Part shown: piece by piece, positions 7,174-14,868 of the stretch
Position numbering within the stretch: the stretch's first letter is position 1
Layout: the number at the start of each line of letters is the position of its first letter
IMG/VR virus record: IMGVR_UViG_3300017988_000043
DNA: 20,683 nt
DNA from: a virus
Direction: 5' to 3' (one strand)
Notes under the pieces: model-generated
Seen by the model: the letters and a program-made list of their open reading frames with translations, nothing else
Database searches by the model: none
What the model was told of the DNA's origin: nothing
Made by a program: the position numbers and the translations under genes

Positions 7174-7421
7174 TGCCAATCCACAAACAAAAGTTTTGTA
7201 TCAATTCCCACCGCTGACAGGAAAGCCTCGGGAACGAAAGCTGAAGTGTGGTTTTTCCGTATCCATCCATGAAGGCGGGGCGCTGAACCTGACTCCAGCA
7301 TTGCCAGAGCCTCAGATTCGGTTACCTTCAACTCTTTCAGGAACTTTTCCCATCGAGACGGTTCAACCGGCCTCATTGGAAAATGCCCAGTTTGACCAAA
7401 TGGACTGTTGTTACGAGGCAT
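7170..7421 (-). CDS. hypothetical protein (83 aa)
   Basis: ATG with GGAG SD. Stop overlaps RNA-ligase ATG. Confidence 0.45.
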   Translation of the reverse strand: MPRNNSPFGQTGHFPMRPVEPSRWEKFLKELKVTESEALAMLESGSAPRLHGWIRKNHTSAFVPEAFLSAVGIDTKLLFVDWQ

Positions 7422-7474
7422 TTGTCAACTCCGCAGAAATGATTTGTGGTGTCGCTCTTAGAGTATAGACGGGC

Positions 7475-7687
7475 TCAGGTAGTTTTTGCAAACTCTTTTC
7501 TGAGGTTGATGCTGGCTGCGTCTACGTTGATGTCGGCAACGATGTCCCAGTTGTGGTTGAAGACATCAGTTGGAATGGCTTTGCCGTCTGATAGGGAGTA
7601 GATGTGAAAGTGTGGGCCGTCTTCGCATCGGGCGACCGTGCGAATTCCAAACGTTTTGTTCTGCACGATAAAGAAATTGGTTTTCAT
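7475..7687 (-). CDS. hypothetical protein (70 aa, MKTNFFIVQNKTFGIRTVARCEDGPHFHIY...)
   Basis: Internal ATG 7687 with GAGG/AGGA SD. Track start 7783 overlaps the small ORFs upstream. Confidence 0.4.
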   Translation of the reverse strand: MKTNFFIVQNKTFGIRTVARCEDGPHFHIYSLSDGKAIPTDVFNHNWDIVADINVDAASINLRKEFAKTT

Positions 7688-7731
7688 TTTCCTGCAACCT
7701 CGTGTTCCCAAACTGCTTTCACCAGCAGAGG

Positions 7732-7842
7732 AGCTAACTGCCCTTGCTGAATTTTCTTTTGACACGCTTTGCACACAATCCACTGCACTGGTTTACCCTG
7801 CCACCGTCGAGCGAGTCGGTAGAATACACAGAGTCGTTTCAT
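7732..7842 (-). CDS. tiny Cys-pair ORF (36 aa, MKRLCVFYRLARRWQGKPVQWIVCKACQKK...)
   Basis: Follows 7847..7957 by 4 nt. Cys pairs present. Confidence 0.2.
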
Positions 7843-7846
7843 GATT

Positions 7847-7957
7847 TCACTTCACTTTGTCAATAGCCTTTTGACACTTGGAACAAAATCTGTCGCAAGA
7901 TACTATTTCCTTACCACAGCCTTCGCACCACCGTTGACGCGGGTACTTGGCTTTCAT
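7847..7957 (-). CDS. tiny zinc-ribbon ORF (36 aa, MKAKYPRQRWCEGCGKEIVSCDRFCSKCQK...)
   Basis: ATGA overlap with stop of 7954..8634. Two CxxC pairs. Confidence 0.25.
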   Translation of the reverse strand: MKAKYPRQRWCEGCGKEIVSCDRFCSKCQKAIDKVK

Positions 7958-8634
7958 AGAAACCAACTTCTCTGTTTCTGTTTCGCTGCTTGGATGATTG
8001 CGTTATAGTCACACCCGGCTCCATTGAGCGGATCAACAACTACAGGATATGTTTCCTGCTCCCAAAATGTCATGGTGAGCACGCCGCCCTGCTCCCAGTG
8101 TCCGGGTCCATCAAAGCTGTCTTCGACCCAGTATCTTTCGTCGGAATTATCCCATGTCCGTGTCACTTCCTTCATGACAGGCATGTACACTGGCGTCAAA
8201 ACCTGCACCCCGTTTTCTAAGCTTGGCTGTAGTTCCGGTTCTTCTTCATACTTGGGAATCATGACAGTACGAGGTTTCATGTCCTCGGGAACTTCACCGA
8301 TAGATTTGGAGACTCGAACTTCAACTAGATTTTTGTAGGGGTGAGAGTCTTTCAATTCGGTGGTGCAGTCAGCATCGTAGCCGTAGGTGGCATTGGAGTA
8401 GGCATTGGAGTAGGCGTACAGCATTTTCTTGTGCGTGTCCAGCACCAAGTCCCACGCACCATTGACAACCTTTGCACTGATGAATCCATCCACCTGAGAG
8501 TAGTTGGTCACGAGCAGGGGTGAGTTATCAATGAACAGAATCCGGTGCCCTTCCTCCATGGGAAGTTGTGCTGCGACTGCAACCATCGCTGCGGATTTCA
8601 GGAACCACCTACGGCTGAATTCCACTTTCTTCAC
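7954..8634 (-). CDS. methyltransferase-fold protein, beta-class N4/N6 MTase-like with degenerate catalytic motif IV
   Basis: N-terminal AQLPMEEGHRILFIDNSP aligns to xLPDxSVDLIFTDPPY, with DPPY replaced by DNSP. C-terminal VVVDPLNGAGCDYNAI resembles motif I DPFxGSG. GTG start in GTGA overlap. Confidence 0.45.
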   Translation of the reverse strand: MKKVEFSRRWFLKSAAMVAVAAQLPMEEGHRILFIDNSPLLVTNYSQVDGFISAKVVNGAWDLVLDTHKKMLYAYSNAYSNATYGYDADCTTELKDSHPYKNLVEVRVSKSIGEVPEDMKPRTVMIPKYEEEPELQPSLENGVQVLTPVYMPVMKEVTRTWDNSDERYWVEDSFDGPGHWEQGGVLTMTFWEQETYPVVVDPLNGAGCDYNAIIQAAKQKQRSWFL

Positions 8635-9436
8635 CTTTCACTTGGGTGGGCTCCGCATAAAAAATAGAATTGAACTCTTCCAATACCAGCTTCTTGTGGC
8701 CTTGACCCGTGGGAGAGTTATAAGCATAGTGTGTGATGCTGGCGTTCTTCACATCATTTTCCCTATCGACCTGAAGGTAATCGTCTTCACCCCACTTCTC
8801 CAGTAGAGCACGGAAGCTGAGTACCACCACACTGTGGCAAACGATTACGACATTCAACCCCCGGCAGTCACGCACGAGAGTGTCGATGAAAGAACGAAGG
8901 CGAATCTTCACATCCGGGCGAGACTCACCACCCGGTGCCCGATACCAATATTTGCCTTCCTTGGCACGACGCAAAATTTCTTCCGGGTATTTGACCTCGA
9001 TCCCGCGCCGGTCGAGACCATCAAGAAGCCCGAACTCAATCTCACGAATACGTTCATCGTGAATGAAATGCTCCGGCTTGTAGCCCAATCCCTCGATAAG
9101 TTTGTCCGCTGTTTGCCGGGTTCGCAGGTAAGGGGAATAGTAGAGAACATCAATACGTTTGCGCTGGTCATCGGGAAGTGGGGTCCACAGTTTGCTATCA
9201 CCGAGTTTCTCATTCAACATCCATTGCTGTTGACCGGGAAATCGTTTACGTAGCTCCACGCCCACGCTAAGGCTCTGCATTTCGCCTAGAGGCGTCAGGG
9301 GTGTGTCTTGGTCACGGACACCCTGTGAGAAGTCAGGATGGGCTCCAGCAGCCTTTGCAGCCTCACGGTCAACGTTTCTACGTGATTCCCCGTGACGTAC
9401 GATAATCAGGTTATCAGGCCATTTCTGTTCTTTCAC
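8609..9436 (-). CDS. histidine phosphatase superfamily (phosphoglycerate-mutase-like, RHG motif) protein
   Basis: LIIVRHGESRRN catalytic motif near N-terminus. GTG start with GGGAGGA SD, GTGA overlap with upstream stop. Confidence 0.7.
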   Translation of the reverse strand: MKEQKWPDNLIIVRHGESRRNVDREAAKAAGAHPDFSQGVRDQDTPLTPLGEMQSLSVGVELRKRFPGQQQWMLNEKLGDSKLWTPLPDDQRKRIDVLYYSPYLRTRQTADKLIEGLGYKPEHFIHDERIREIEFGLLDGLDRRGIEVKYPEEILRRAKEGKYWYRAPGGESRPDVKIRLRSFIDTLVRDCRGLNVVIVCHSVVVLSFRALLEKWGEDDYLQVDRENDVKNASITHYAYNSPTGQGHKKLVLEEFNSIFYAEPTQVKGEESGIQP

Positions 9437-9684
9437 GGCTTCCTCCCAACCACTGATAGACGCCTCTCAGGAATGTTTCTCAATAATTGCATGTCAAACT
9501 GAAGTGTAGCCTTGGCATCAATGGCTTCACAGGGCCATAGCTTATCGGTACCCCGGCCTACCCAAGTACCCGGAACCTTCCATGCTTCCGCAAGGTTGGA
9601 CGTGTATCCTTCACCATTGACGCGCCACCACATAACGCTGTTGCCACAATAGGAGCGTGTGTCTTGAATGTAGTAAAGACTCAT
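9433..9684 (-). CDS. hypothetical protein (83 aa)
   Basis: ATGA coupling with upstream gene. Confidence 0.5.
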   Translation of the reverse strand: MSLYYIQDTRSYCGNSVMWWRVNGEGYTSNLAEAWKVPGTWVGRGTDKLWPCEAIDAKATLQFDMQLLRNIPERRLSVVGRKP

Positions 9685-9923
9685 GGCTTTATCTCCACTT
9701 GAATAGCCACGCCATCTTTGACCTTGAACAGGTGCCGTTTGTGCTCTCCGGTAATAAGTCCCATGAGTTGCTTCCGAGTCAAACGGATGCGAATGGTGGT
9801 CTTGACTACGGTGTTCTCAGGAAGTTCTTCATCGAACTCCCGATTGAACTGCTCCCACAATTTGTCCCACCCATCCCACAGCTTGTCGAACGCTTTGCCG
9901 AATGGTTTGCCAATTCGTTTCAT
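9681..9923 (-). CDS. hypothetical protein (80 aa)
   Basis: ATGA coupling on both ends. Confidence 0.5.
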   Translation of the reverse strand: MKRIGKPFGKAFDKLWDGWDKLWEQFNREFDEELPENTVVKTTIRIRLTRKQLMGLITGEHKRHLFKVKDGVAIQVEIKP

Positions 9924-10243
9924 GCTCTCTCCCGCCGTTCGCGATAAGCACGACCCTTTTCAAGAATCTCTGCGGCCAGTGCTTCACTGACCTGTACGAA
10001 GCGGGGCTCACCATCCGGGCGGCTGTACTCGTCTGGTACGTTATTAGAGCCATAGCCCTGCTTGGCTTCGTAGCTCCGCAGCCGTTTGAGCATGGCTTCG
10101 GTGTCTTTCTTGGCGGCTTCCTCGGTGGGGTAATACCATACACCGTCAGGACGGCAACCCCACCCACGTTCGGTCTCTTCCCATTCCTGCATCCAAGCGC
10201 CTTGAGATAGGGCTGGAGCGGCTTTTGCTTTGGCTTTGGGCAT
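9920..10243 (-). CDS. hypothetical protein (107 aa)
   Basis: ATG with GGAGG SD (ttgtGGAGGttgtagATG). TATACT box 20 nt upstream. Confidence 0.55.
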   Translation of the reverse strand: MPKAKAKAAPALSQGAWMQEWEETERGWGCRPDGVWYYPTEEAAKKDTEAMLKRLRSYEAKQGYGSNNVPDEYSRPDGEPRFVQVSEALAAEILEKGRAYRERRERA

Positions 10244-10261
10244 CTACAACCTCCACAACAT

Positions 10262-10296
10262 TGTAGTATACCCCAATTCAGCCGAGAATGGAATCT
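10262..10296 (-). promoter_or_regulatory. possible promoter sharing only the TATACT core with the conserved element
   Basis: Minus-strand text ggggTATACTacaatgttgtGGAGGttgtagATG. Upstream part not conserved. Confidence 0.3.
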
Positions 10297-10674
10297 TTAT
10301 TCTGTATGCCGACTATAGCCGCGTTTTGGAGTAAACGTGAAGTTGGCGGCATAGTTTTCGTTGAACCCCGGCTTGTCGTACTCGACATTCCAACTAGCCT
10401 GTCTGAACGTATCTTCCAAGTCCAGCCAGCCCTTGTCGAATATGTCAAAGCGCGTCACACGCTTGCCGTCGTGGGTGACCCCTTTAAGGTTTTTGAGGAT
10501 GCGGTCTACCAGTTGTTTTTGCGTGAAGTGGGACCGACCATCGACGTAGTTTTCAGTGATGATTTCGTTCCATGCTTTGAGAGCGCCTTCGGGAACAGTC
10601 ACCGCTTTAACGCCGAGAACTTCTGCGGGAGTAATCGGGGTGACCTTTCTTGGGTGAACAATTGTCTTCGGCAT
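10297..10674 (-). CDS. hypothetical protein (125 aa)
   Basis: ATG with AGGAGAG SD. Preferred over antisense plus-strand ORF 10288..10770. Confidence 0.5.
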   Translation of the reverse strand: MPKTIVHPRKVTPITPAEVLGVKAVTVPEGALKAWNEIITENYVDGRSHFTQKQLVDRILKNLKGVTHDGKRVTRFDIFDKGWLDLEDTFRQASWNVEYDKPGFNENYAANFTFTPKRGYSRHTE

Positions 10675-10753
10675 GATGAAACTCTCCTATTCAACGTAGT
10701 GGCACCCTTTGAAGGTGCAGTAGCTTCCCGCTTCACACGAGGTCAGTTGATGC

Positions 10754-11584
10754 TCATGGGGCGGCACTGAAGTTCTTATTTTTAACTAATTGTGAAATGT
10801 CGCAGGTTAATGCCCCCTTATCCGTCCGTTTGCGTATCAAAACCGGCTGGACAATGTGGTTGTCCCTGCTTGCGTAAAGGTAGCGTACAGTCAGCACGTC
10901 GCCGACAGCCACGCGGAACTTACCTCGCAGGGAGCAACCAGAAACCCTGTGAAGCTGACCACGTTCGTCGTACACACCAATTTCCACACTGTCTTTCCCC
11001 TCGGGACTCGGACCCATGACAACTACGTCGCATTCCTTGGTAAATTTGAGTTTCCAGTGCTGGTCGGGACGCCCCTGCTTATAGGGTGCGTTCATGTTCT
11101 TGGATACAAGCCCCTCGCCGTGGGAAGCCAGCACAGCGTCCCACAGGAGCCGCTTGGCCTCAGGGGTACGTGCGGTTTCGACCGGCACGATTTGGGTACT
11201 GTAGCCATCGAACTCAGCATGATACCGAGCCTCGCGATATTCATAGACATCGTTCGCTATGATTTCATCACCGAGAATCAGGGCATCGAAAATGTAGAAG
11301 GTGCCACCCACCAGTTCGCCGTCGATAACAAACCCGGCGAGTGGGTGTGAGAGGAGAGCATTCTTGATACGGATTGAAAGCGGTTTGCTAGAAGACTGAC
11401 CTTCGCGATTGAAGAGGCGAAGGGCTCCATTCTCTTTGCAGATAATCAGCCGGTGTCCGTTGTGCTTCTCTTGGAAGCCGTACACGGCTGTCAACAGCAT
11501 ACGCTGGAAGTGGAGTTCGGTTGTCTCGGTCAGCAACTCAGCCTGAATCACTTTGCACCACCCTTGGGATGGTTGGATTGCCAC
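10754..11584 (-). CDS. ATP-dependent DNA ligase (minimal phage/Chlorella-virus-like, NTase+OB) with atypical motif I KHNGHR
   Basis: Motif I EKHNGHR, motif III FVIDGELV, motif IV GEGLVSK, motif V WKLK, motif VI VQPVLIRKRTDK. GTG start with no SD; first in-frame start after a stop at 11660. Confidence 0.8.
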   Translation of the reverse strand: MAIQPSQGWCKVIQAELLTETTELHFQRMLLTAVYGFQEKHNGHRLIICKENGALRLFNREGQSSSKPLSIRIKNALLSHPLAGFVIDGELVGGTFYIFDALILGDEIIANDVYEYREARYHAEFDGYSTQIVPVETARTPEAKRLLWDAVLASHGEGLVSKNMNAPYKQGRPDQHWKLKFTKECDVVVMGPSPEGKDSVEIGVYDERGQLHRVSGCSLRGKFRVAVGDVLTVRYLYASRDNHIVQPVLIRKRTDKGALTCDISQLVKNKNFSAAP

Positions 11585-11745
11585 GCACAGGTGTAGCAGC
11601 GGCGTTTGGATGCCAGCGTTCCATCTGTGTTGGTGTAGGTGTGGTTGCAGGAAAGAGTCTCAATGGTGAGATTGCGGCTCACCACTTCACGAGAGGTCAC
11701 CTTGCGGAACGGCACACCATGTATCGCTGAGAGAGTCTTGCTCAT
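11548..11745 (-). CDS. small Cys-rich ORF (65 aa, MSKTLSAIHGVPFRK...CNHTYTNTDGTLASKRRCYTC), possibly leaderless
   Basis: ATG 6 nt after TATACT of promoter copy 2. Overlaps ligase 5' end in another frame. Confidence 0.25.
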   Translation of the reverse strand: MSKTLSAIHGVPFRKVTSREVVSRNLTIETLSCNHTYTNTDGTLASKRRCYTCAWQSNHPKGGAK

Positions 11746-12124
11746 GACTACAGTATACCGGAGTGCCACCAGTTTCGGCTAGTTTTTGGGAGATTTTTTT
11801 CGCATCCTCGCCGAGAATGCTTGGACAGCCGATCTTACGGCGGAAGTCGTTGAACCGGCGTCTTAGGTATCGTAGATTGTCAATGTACAGGACGCTTTCG
11901 GCTTCACGCTCCCGGCGTTGCTCATAAGGCACTTCATACTCTTCCAGATGCCTTTTGGCGGTCTGGTAAGCCATGTCTATGAACCATGACAGGCTTCGTT
12001 GAAGACTGCCATCCCTGTGTGGATCAGTGGGAATTCGGCAATTCTTGAGGAGAGGTCCCACGATGTCGTTAAATCGAGCGACAGGCGGTAGGATGGGGTC
12101 GGGGGCTTTAGGGATAACTGTCAT
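11687..12124 (-). CDS. hypothetical protein (145 aa); 3' end reads through promoter copy 2
   Basis: ATG in ATGA overlap with upstream stop. C-terminal 25 aa encoded by the conserved element. Confidence 0.45.
   Translation of the reverse strand: MTVIPKAPDPILPPVARFNDIVGPLLKNCRIPTDPHRDGSLQRSLSWFIDMAYQTAKRHLEEYEVPYEQRREREAESVLYIDNLRYLRRRFNDFRRKIGCPSILGEDAKKISQKLAETGGTPVYCSHEQDSLSDTWCAVPQGDLS
11748..11795 (-). promoter_or_regulatory. conserved promoter-like element copy 2
   Basis: Plus-strand text actacAGTATACCGGagtgccaccaGTTTCGGCTAGTtTTTGGGAGATT. Confidence 0.5.
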
Positions 12125-12348
12125 AACTCCCCCTCTAAAAGCTGCTTCTTGATTTCATCTTCGCACTGATTTCTTTTCAGTTGCTGTGCATAGGATGCGG
12201 CGATGTCTTCATACAAGCAACTACGACAACGCCCCGGATGGCCGTCATTGAAATCGAACAGCCCACCATATTCCATGGGAGGGAATTCGTGATGCTTGAA
12301 ACAGTAGCCACGCATTTTGAGTCTCAGGTATCGGAAGAGCCTGTTCAT
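12121..12348 (-). CDS. hypothetical protein (75 aa, MNRLFRYLRLKMRGYCFKHHEF...)
   Basis: Internal ATG 12348 overlaps stop of TPR-like gene (ATGA). Track start 12438 would overlap 94 nt. Confidence 0.4.
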   Translation of the reverse strand: MNRLFRYLRLKMRGYCFKHHEFPPMEYGGLFDFNDGHPGRCRSCLYEDIAASYAQQLKRNQCEDEIKKQLLEGEL

Positions 12349-12785
12349 GCGACTCGCTTTCCTTTGTTCCAGACCAGCCTGAGCACTGGCTTCGGTGGCT
12401 CCAACTGGTTGAGTGTTTGCCTCGCCCATCGAGTGCATTCATCGTCCACACTGTCCGCTGTCGATTTCAAGTAGAGTTTCAGGTGTCGAACAGCGCCACT
12501 CTTGTTGTTGGATTCCCGAGCGTAGAGCGTAGCGAGTTGATACGAAGAATCCACGTTGCCCTGAGACGCCGCTGCTTCATAGAAGTGAATCGCGGTCGCC
12601 TCGTTCTTCAACTCCTCCATCGTTCGTCCAAGATTGAATAAGACGATAGGAGCGTACGGGCGAAGGTGGAAGGCTTGCCAGAAGACTTTCTGAGCCTCGG
12701 TGTAATGCCCTTGTCCAAAAAGGTCTACGCCCTCAGCGGTGAGAGAAACGTAGACCTCTTCGGACTGCCTGTCGGCGGGTGTCAT
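12345..12785 (-). CDS. TPR/Sel1-like repeat protein (146 aa)
   Basis: GHYTEAQKVFWQAFHLRPYAPIVLFNLGRTMEELKNEATAIHFYEAAASQGNVDSSYQLATLYAR helical-repeat pattern. ATG 12785 follows upstream TAA by 1 nt. Track N-terminal extension is Pro-rich and overlaps upstream gene. Confidence 0.5.
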   Translation of the reverse strand: MTPADRQSEEVYVSLTAEGVDLFGQGHYTEAQKVFWQAFHLRPYAPIVLFNLGRTMEELKNEATAIHFYEAAASQGNVDSSYQLATLYARESNNKSGAVRHLKLYLKSTADSVDDECTRWARQTLNQLEPPKPVLRLVWNKGKRVA

Positions 12786-12786
12786 G

Positions 12787-13281
12787 TTAGTTCCCGTCAA
12801 TGGTGATGGGTGAAGATGCATCGGTGAGGGCGGCTGTGGCGGCAGCGGAGCCAGTCGGCACCATCTGACCATACGTGCCCCAATACTTGCGACCGGGCAG
12901 CAGACCCGCAGCATCCCACGCGGTGTCAAATTCGCAATTGTCCGGTGCCTCGGCGAATAGAGAAGCGACCACTTGGTCAGTCCACCCGGCCAAGCCGGTG
13001 CCGATGCGAGTGACTTGAAACACGGTATCCGCAGGGAGTTCGGGAATCATACCCGCCTTGACCATCTTGGCAAACAGGACGAACTGGTAAATGTAGCTTT
13101 GCAGTTTGCCGGGGCTGATGGTGGAGTCGGGCTCATTGGTTGGCTTGGCACAGGTCGGAATGCCAAAGCTGTTGCCTTGCAGTCCAAAGCCCTGTCCGTA
13201 ACGTGCGCCGTGTGCGAGAGCGGCCTTGGCGGCCCCGCCGCCATGACGACCCAGTTCGTTGCTGCCGAATACGAAAATCAT
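12787..13281 (-). CDS. hypothetical protein (164 aa) with N-terminal Gly-rich loop GSNELGRHGGGAAKAALAHG (nucleotide/ADP-ribose-binding-like)
   Basis: ATG with AAGGAAA SD. Motif reminiscent of macro/SLOG-type phosphate-binding loops. Family not identified. Confidence 0.5.
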   Translation of the reverse strand: MIFVFGSNELGRHGGGAAKAALAHGARYGQGFGLQGNSFGIPTCAKPTNEPDSTISPGKLQSYIYQFVLFAKMVKAGMIPELPADTVFQVTRIGTGLAGWTDQVVASLFAEAPDNCEFDTAWDAAGLLPGRKYWGTYGQMVPTGSAAATAALTDASSPITIDGN

Positions 13282-13306
13282 GATGCGTTTCCTTTCGTGT
13301 GACGAG

Positions 13307-13831
13307 TTAGGCTAGTTCTTCATTGACGATGGCTTCAAACGCCGCTCCGAATTTCTTCGGGAAGTTGGGTATCTGTGCGGCGAGAGCGGTTTTGACGGCG
13401 GGGCTGAATGCGAGATTGAAGGTGACGAACTCGCCGTTCGTGAGGCGAATGAGAGTCTTGGTGCGGCAGATGGCTTTGAGGCGTTTCTGCGTCTCCATGC
13501 CGTCTACGAAGGTGTTGATGATGTGCTCCAAATCGTAGGGCATTTCGAAATCGGACGTGCCTTCACAGTGAACCACTTCGGCGGGAATGTTCAGACTGGT
13601 GATGTACGCGGCGACCACGCTTTCCATCTTGGAGTCAAGCCACTGAATGTACAACTCACCGCCACAGCCTTCGTCAAGAGCCTCGGCAACTTTCTTGCCG
13701 TCAAAGTAAACATCGGCGTTGATGCCGACGCCATCCATGCCTTTGAAGGTCTTCACCTTTTTGAGGGTGATGCGACTCACCAGTTTGACGAGCGTTGCGT
13801 AGGTCTGTTCTCCAGTCGTTGTGTATCCCAC
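13307..13831 (-). CDS. hypothetical protein (174 aa)
   Basis: GTG start with GGAGGAG SD immediately downstream of promoter copy 3. Confidence 0.6.
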   Translation of the reverse strand: MGYTTTGEQTYATLVKLVSRITLKKVKTFKGMDGVGINADVYFDGKKVAEALDEGCGGELYIQWLDSKMESVVAAYITSLNIPAEVVHCEGTSDFEMPYDLEHIINTFVDGMETQKRLKAICRTKTLIRLTNGEFVTFNLAFSPAVKTALAAQIPNFPKKFGAAFEAIVNEELA

Positions 13832-13847
13832 GGTTTTTCTCCTCCCC

Positions 13848-13894
13848 TACAGTATACCGGAGTTGCCTCGGTTTTGGCTAGTTTTTAGGAAAAT
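13848..13894 (-). promoter_or_regulatory. conserved promoter-like element copy 3
   Basis: Plus-strand text cctacAGTATACCGGagttgcctcgGTTTTGGCTAGTtTTTAGGAAAATT. Confidence 0.55.
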
Positions 13895-14028
13895 TACTTG
13901 GCTTGGTGGTCTCCATGTAGAGTTCTGAACACTGGTGACAGACGCTATCCCGCAGCAGAAATACTGCAACACGGGTAAGCGGATACGCTCTATCCCAGTG
14001 AACAATGTGACCACAAAGAGCCGGGGTG

Positions 14029-14193
14029 TCAGGCCCCGCCGCCAAGCTTCTTCCCCTTCTCGGTCAGGCGACGAATGTGCCACGGGCTAGTAGAGCCAGC
14101 AGCTTGATTCTCGCAGAAGGCGAAAGCCGGTGGCAGTTCTACCGGAACTGTGGTCGATTGCTTGCGAGAGAACAATTTCCTAAACCAGTTCAT
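14029..14193 (-). CDS. small ORF (54 aa, MNWFRKLFSRKQSTTVPVELPPAFAF...)
   Basis: ATG overlapping 3' end of 14180..14407. Followed by weak hairpin CGGGGcctgacaCCCCG. Confidence 0.25.
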   Translation of the reverse strand: MNWFRKLFSRKQSTTVPVELPPAFAFCENQAAGSTSPWHIRRLTEKGKKLGGGA

Positions 14194-14407
14194 GTTCTGA
14201 CTCCCTAGATGTCCGATTGGCCTTAGCCTCGGGTTCGATACACGCCCATCGCCGGTCGCTGAAATCCAACACGGATTGCTGACCGTTATCCCATCGGACA
14301 GAAACACCCGTATAGTCGGATGTAACAACAGTGCCTTCGTCTGGCGGGTCCGGCATCCAACGAACACGGTCACCAATTTGGAGTAATCTCGCAGTTTCGA
14401 TTTTCAT
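14180..14407 (-). CDS. hypothetical protein (75 aa, MKIETARLLQIGDRVRWMPDPPDEGTVV...)
   Basis: ATGA overlap with stop of 14404..14664. Track N-terminal extension is Arg/Cys-rich junk. Confidence 0.4.
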   Translation of the reverse strand: MKIETARLLQIGDRVRWMPDPPDEGTVVTSDYTGVSVRWDNGQQSVLDFSDRRWACIEPEAKANRTSRESEHELV

Positions 14408-14664
14408 GCGAGTCGTCCTCCTGCGACAACGACAACAACTTTGTCGCCACCTTTGATGGGCTCCATGATGCAGCACTCATCGGCCTCTTCGGAATACTGC
14501 CAGCGTTCACTGAGAGCCTGAAAGAATTCCTGCCCATTGAACTCGTACATCTGCAAGTCTTCCAACTTGCCGGTGCGGAATTTCTCCGCCGAAATGTGAA
14601 TGACGCGAGTGCGTCGTGCGGCCTCATACATCAAACGAAGAAAGCGTTGGCTGTGTTGAATCAT
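14404..14664 (-). CDS. hypothetical protein (86 aa)
   Basis: ATG 14664 with GGGAG SD. TAATG overlap with upstream stop. Confidence 0.45.
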   Translation of the reverse strand: MIQHSQRFLRLMYEAARRTRVIHISAEKFRTGKLEDLQMYEFNGQEFFQALSERWQYSEEADECCIMEPIKGGDKVVVVVAGGRLA

Positions 14665-14861
14665 TACTGCACTCCCGTGGTACTCAGGCACCACATAGCA
14701 ATGTACAGAAGTCCAAAAACTACCGTGGTAATCAGGACGGCCAGCTTTTGTAAGAAGCCCCGCTCTTTCTGGTTGGGTTGCAAAACTTCAATGGAGCCAA
14801 CCAGCAGGAGGGTAGCGAAGAACCACGTGACCACCAAAGCTATCGTCTCATGAAACGTCAT
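14664..14861 (-). CDS. small two-TM membrane protein (65 aa)
   Basis: TIALVVTWFFATLLLVGSI and LAVLITTVVFGLLYIAMWCL hydrophobic helices. ATG with GAGGA SD. Confidence 0.5.
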   Translation of the reverse strand: MTFHETIALVVTWFFATLLLVGSIEVLQPNQKERGFLQKLAVLITTVVFGLLYIAMWCLSTTGVQ

Positions 14862-14868
14862 GGCATCC

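Noticed and set aside
8580-8634. Twin-arginine (Tat) signal SRRWFLK at the N-terminus of 7954-8634
   Set aside because: The following segment aligns better as the N-terminal region of an MTase fold (xLP…hhhhD) than as a Tat h-region plus cleavage site. It is probably coincidental.
13847-14083. 78-aa ORF reading through promoter copy 3
   Set aside because: Its coding sequence would consist largely of the conserved promoter element, and it has no SD. More likely this is non-coding spacer plus promoter.
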